DNA of 45,549 bases, taken from contig JBAMLY010000003.1 in the NCBI GenBank assembly GCA_039794045.1, positions 1 through 45,549 of the forward strand. The letters run 5' to 3'. Below the pieces are notes generated by a model. That model made no database searches and was not told where the DNA came from. It saw only the letters and a program-made list of their open reading frames with translations. A program made the position numbers and the translations under genes. Of this stretch, positions 42,795 through 45,549 are shown piece by piece (the first letter of the stretch is position 1; each line of letters begins with the position of its first letter). This DNA is from Candidatus Micrarchaeia archaeon (lineage in GTDB: Archaea > Micrarchaeota > Micrarchaeia > Norongarragalinales > UBA8480).

Positions 42795-45446
42795 TCAAAC
42801 CTCGACTTCGCCGCTGGAAGCCACTACTTCTCCGTCGCTTGACTCGGCGCGCAGTTCGGCGTGCTTCAACTTTTCTGGCCTTCCAATCAAGTCGTATCGC
42901 ACCACCCACTTTCCGCCTTTTCCAAGCTCTTTCTTCTTCCACTTCAACGCAGTGCCTAGAACGGTTTCCTTGCGCGCCGCCTTCTCACTTGCCTTCGCGG
43001 CAGCGCACCCTTCCGGAACCACGTCTGTGAGAACCAAGTTCTTGAGCGGCTTAGAGCCAGCCCGAACTTCGATGGTAACCACTCCGCTCTCCAACTTTTT
43101 GCGCAGTGAAGCCCCTCTCCTTCCAGCCAGCAACCGCGCGGCAACCAAAGCCGCCGCGACAAGCAACACCGCAAGCCATTCCAGCCCACCACCAAAACCA
43201 GCAGCGAAAAAACCAGTTGCCGTGCTTTCACTAGCTTTGTCTTGTGCTTTAACTTCTTTCTTTGGCGGCGCTGCAATCCTCTCTCGCGATACCCTCACTT
43301 CTTTTGAGTGATTGCCGTAATCAATTCTCCAAACGCCTTCTTCGTCGAAAAAGAAGTCGAACGAGCCATCGCCCCCCAAAACGCGTTCGTATACTTTGCC
43401 AGCCGGAGAAATTATTTTAACTGCGTCGCCAGCCTTGCCGCCGTCTACTCTCACAGTGTGCAGGCCCTCGCCAACCTCGTTGGCAACAATTATTTCTACT
43501 GGCTGCGGCGCAAGCGGTGCAGGCGAGGCACTCGGCGAAGGAGTAGAGTTCCAGGAGTCGGAAACAATTTTTTGCGTGGCGCCGCCAGAACCGCTTGAAG
43601 GCGTTGGAGTCGCCGGCGAGAAAGCCTTGCGCCCGCCAGCGCGAAGCACCACAACCGAAAAATGTGGTATGACGAACTCGAAGCGCTCGGCGTCCCCGTC
43701 GCCGTCAACGTCTTTCCCGCAACTCTTCCAAGCAACGCCGTCAACCACGAAAGAACTCATTGCCGGGCATACTGTGAACGGAGTCAAGTCAACCCACTTG
43801 CCGCTTTTATTTAACTGCAAGAAATCGCTTCCCCCTTCCACGTCACCGAAGTCAATCCATGCAGTCACGTTTGAAAGCCCGCCAGTCAAGTTTTCCGCCC
43901 TAAACAACCTCCACTCGTGAGTAGAATTGCTTTCGTCAACGAAGGACTCGTTAATCCAATCGCCTGCAGCAACCGCCTTCCTAGACCAATTGCCGTTCGC
44001 AGCCACGAAAACATCGTCCCACCTCGTTCCAGCAACAGGCACGAGGCTCCCACCAGGGCCGGCCACGGAAGCAGCAACCCCAGAAAAAGGAATCGACTCT
44101 GAATTACTGCCGTAAACCGTTTCAGTAAAATACTGCACGTCAACAGTGTTCGCCGCAGTAGAATCGTAAGCCCAGCCGCTCTCGTTCAACGAAACTACGC
44201 CGTCAGCCCAGCACTCCTCAAACGAATCGTTGACGTAAGAACCCCCGCCCGCAACATCAACGCTTGAAGGCGCCGAACAATTCCACCCACCCCTGGAAGG
44301 CGCGCTAACCGCAACGCCTGAAAACGCAAGCGAGGCATTGTTTGCTACACTCAACCCATTCGCAATCCAGGCAGTCCCGCCAGCCACCGTACGCCGCCCC
44401 CCGTGCTGTGCAAAACCACTCCAAGCCTCCCCTAACACATCCCCAGAAGCGCTCACTTGAATCGTTTGACTAGAATTCGCCGCAAGCAAGTCAGTCGAAG
44501 CATTCGACGCAGCAACAAAACCCGCCGGCGGCACAACCGCAAAAGAAACATTTGAATAATCTTCCAACGACGGATTAGACAACAAAACGGTTCCGGCGAG
44601 GAACTGCGTACTCAGATTGCTTTGCGCGGAAGTATTCTGGGCCCAAGACTCGCTTGCACTTATTCCTGGCGTCGCCCACTCGACGCGGTAAGGAGACTCC
44701 GCGTCAGAACAATTCCACAAAAGCGCGCTCCCATTCAAAACAAAGAACACGCTCGCGTTAGAAGAATTGAACAAAGAAATAGAGCCGTTCAAGAAATCAA
44801 GATGAGGAAGAGAAAAATTACAAACACCAGAACCCGTAACAGCAATTATTGTACTCCAAACGCTATAGTTATTTTGTAATATTATATAAGTCAAGTTTAA
44901 CTGATTTTGAGTAGGAGCAGAATCGTTTATTTTGATGTTGTCTAAGAATACATGTTCGTAATCGCATGTTGGATCGCCTCCAAGTGATCCAGCTCCAAAA
45001 TTTGTGAAAGTAATTGTTATATTTTGGCCTTTGAAGTTTGAGATATCTACAAAATATGTTTTCCAGTAATTTGCTATAACTGAATTGAATATAACATAAG
45101 AACCAGAGCTATTAGTGATGGATAAAGAAAGGCCTCCATCTGTTATGTAAGAAGATCCCCACTTTACTCTGGCTGCTCCTGCATCAAAAGATATACTTAT
45201 ATTGTTTTGAGAATTGGGCACTGCATAGTTAATATGCCAAGAGGAAAACCCACCATCTCTTAAACACGCATTATTTCCAAGACTTCCGGCTGGATTTCCA
45301 ACACTATTTTCCCAACTCCATAAATAAGTTCCGCTATGAGTCCAGCCTTCACTACTTGTGTTAAATTGCCAAACTTGTAAGGTGGTAGCGGAAGTTAAAA
45401 TGGAAAAAAGCAAAATTAATGCGAAAAAGTAGCAAACTTTTTTCAT
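42795..45446 (-). CDS. Large secreted, membrane-anchored surface glycoprotein
   Basis: Signal peptide, many N-x-S/T sequons, DVDGDGD Ca-binding-like loop, S/P/G linker, TM near residue 760 followed by an Ig-like tail. Confidence 0.85.
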   Translation of the reverse strand: MKKVCYFFALILLFSILTSATTLQVWQFNTSSEGWTHSGTYLWSWENSVGNPAGSLGNNACLRDGGFSSWHINYAVPNSQNNISISFDAGAARVKWGSSYITDGGLSLSITNSSGSYVIFNSVIANYWKTYFVDISNFKGQNITITFTNFGAGSLGGDPTCDYEHVFLDNIKINDSAPTQNQLNLTYIILQNNYSVWSTIIAVTGSGVCNFSLPHLDFLNGSISLFNSSNASVFFVLNGSALLWNCSDAESPYRVEWATPGISASESWAQNTSAQSNLSTQFLAGTVLLSNPSLEDYSNVSFAVVPPAGFVAASNASTDLLAANSSQTIQVSASGDVLGEAWSGFAQHGGRRTVAGGTAWIANGLSVANNASLAFSGVAVSAPSRGGWNCSAPSSVDVAGGGSYVNDSFEECWADGVVSLNESGWAYDSTAANTVDVQYFTETVYGSNSESIPFSGVAASVAGPGGSLVPVAGTRWDDVFVAANGNWSRKAVAAGDWINESFVDESNSTHEWRLFRAENLTGGLSNVTAWIDFGDVEGGSDFLQLNKSGKWVDLTPFTVCPAMSSFVVDGVAWKSCGKDVDGDGDAERFEFVIPHFSVVVLRAGGRKAFSPATPTPSSGSGGATQKIVSDSWNSTPSPSASPAPLAPQPVEIIVANEVGEGLHTVRVDGGKAGDAVKIISPAGKVYERVLGGDGSFDFFFDEEGVWRIDYGNHSKEVRVSRERIAAPPKKEVKAQDKASESTATGFFAAGFGGGLEWLAVLLVAAALVAARLLAGRRGASLRKKLESGVVTIEVRAGSKPLKNLVLTDVVPEGCAAAKASEKAARKETVLGTALKWKKKELGKGGKWVVRYDLIGRPEKLKHAELRAESSDGEVVASSGEVEV

Positions 45447-45549
45447 TTGTTCATCGTTTATTTCTTTTCTTTTTATGCTTTTTCTTCTGGTTTTTTGCTT
45501 TTACTGAAGAACTTTATTGCTTGTGCGAGTTCTTTGTGTGTTTTCGCGT

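Noticed and set aside
45473..45549. 3' end of a minus-strand gene (..ELAQAIKFFSKSKKPEEKA-stop)
   Set aside because: Too short at the window edge to support or identify

Overview
Archaeal chromosomal segment with no prophage, IS or CRISPR array visible. Gene content and style suggest a DPANN lineage such as Micrarchaeota (inferred, not tested). Most genes are housekeeping: RPA, RadA, DnaG, Hjc, PyrG, an HTH-iscS-iscU-moeB operon, Trm56, TFE, DTD2, a histone, a RecJ/GAN-like DHH protein, a beta-CASP RNase, ferredoxin plus geranylgeranyl reductase, RpoK, an ABC exporter module, an Rqc2 fragment, Taw1, Trm5 and rpl21e-rpoF-DUF655-ksgA. RNA genes are three tRNAs (Cys; Lys with a non-canonical 59/60 BHB intron; initiator Met) and a stand-alone 5S rRNA. 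The main finding is a compact, apparently complete eukaryote-like ubiquitylation cluster at 19140-22413: UBC-type E2, Ubl ending in GG, a Pro-rich orphan with an amphipathic tail, JAB/MPN protease, wHTH plus C4HC3 RING-like E3 candidate, and a short E1. Other notable items: an operon of paralogous unknown membrane proteins (6149-8045), a single-repeat TBP, a roughly 200-nt multibranch structured element upstream of the histone gene, a possible replication origin near 16.5-17 kb, several pseudo-enzymes and two candidate operators. All calls come from reading motifs by eye; no database searches were run. Several CDS starts were moved downstream of the ORF-track start to codons with Shine-Dalgarno or stop/start-overlap support.
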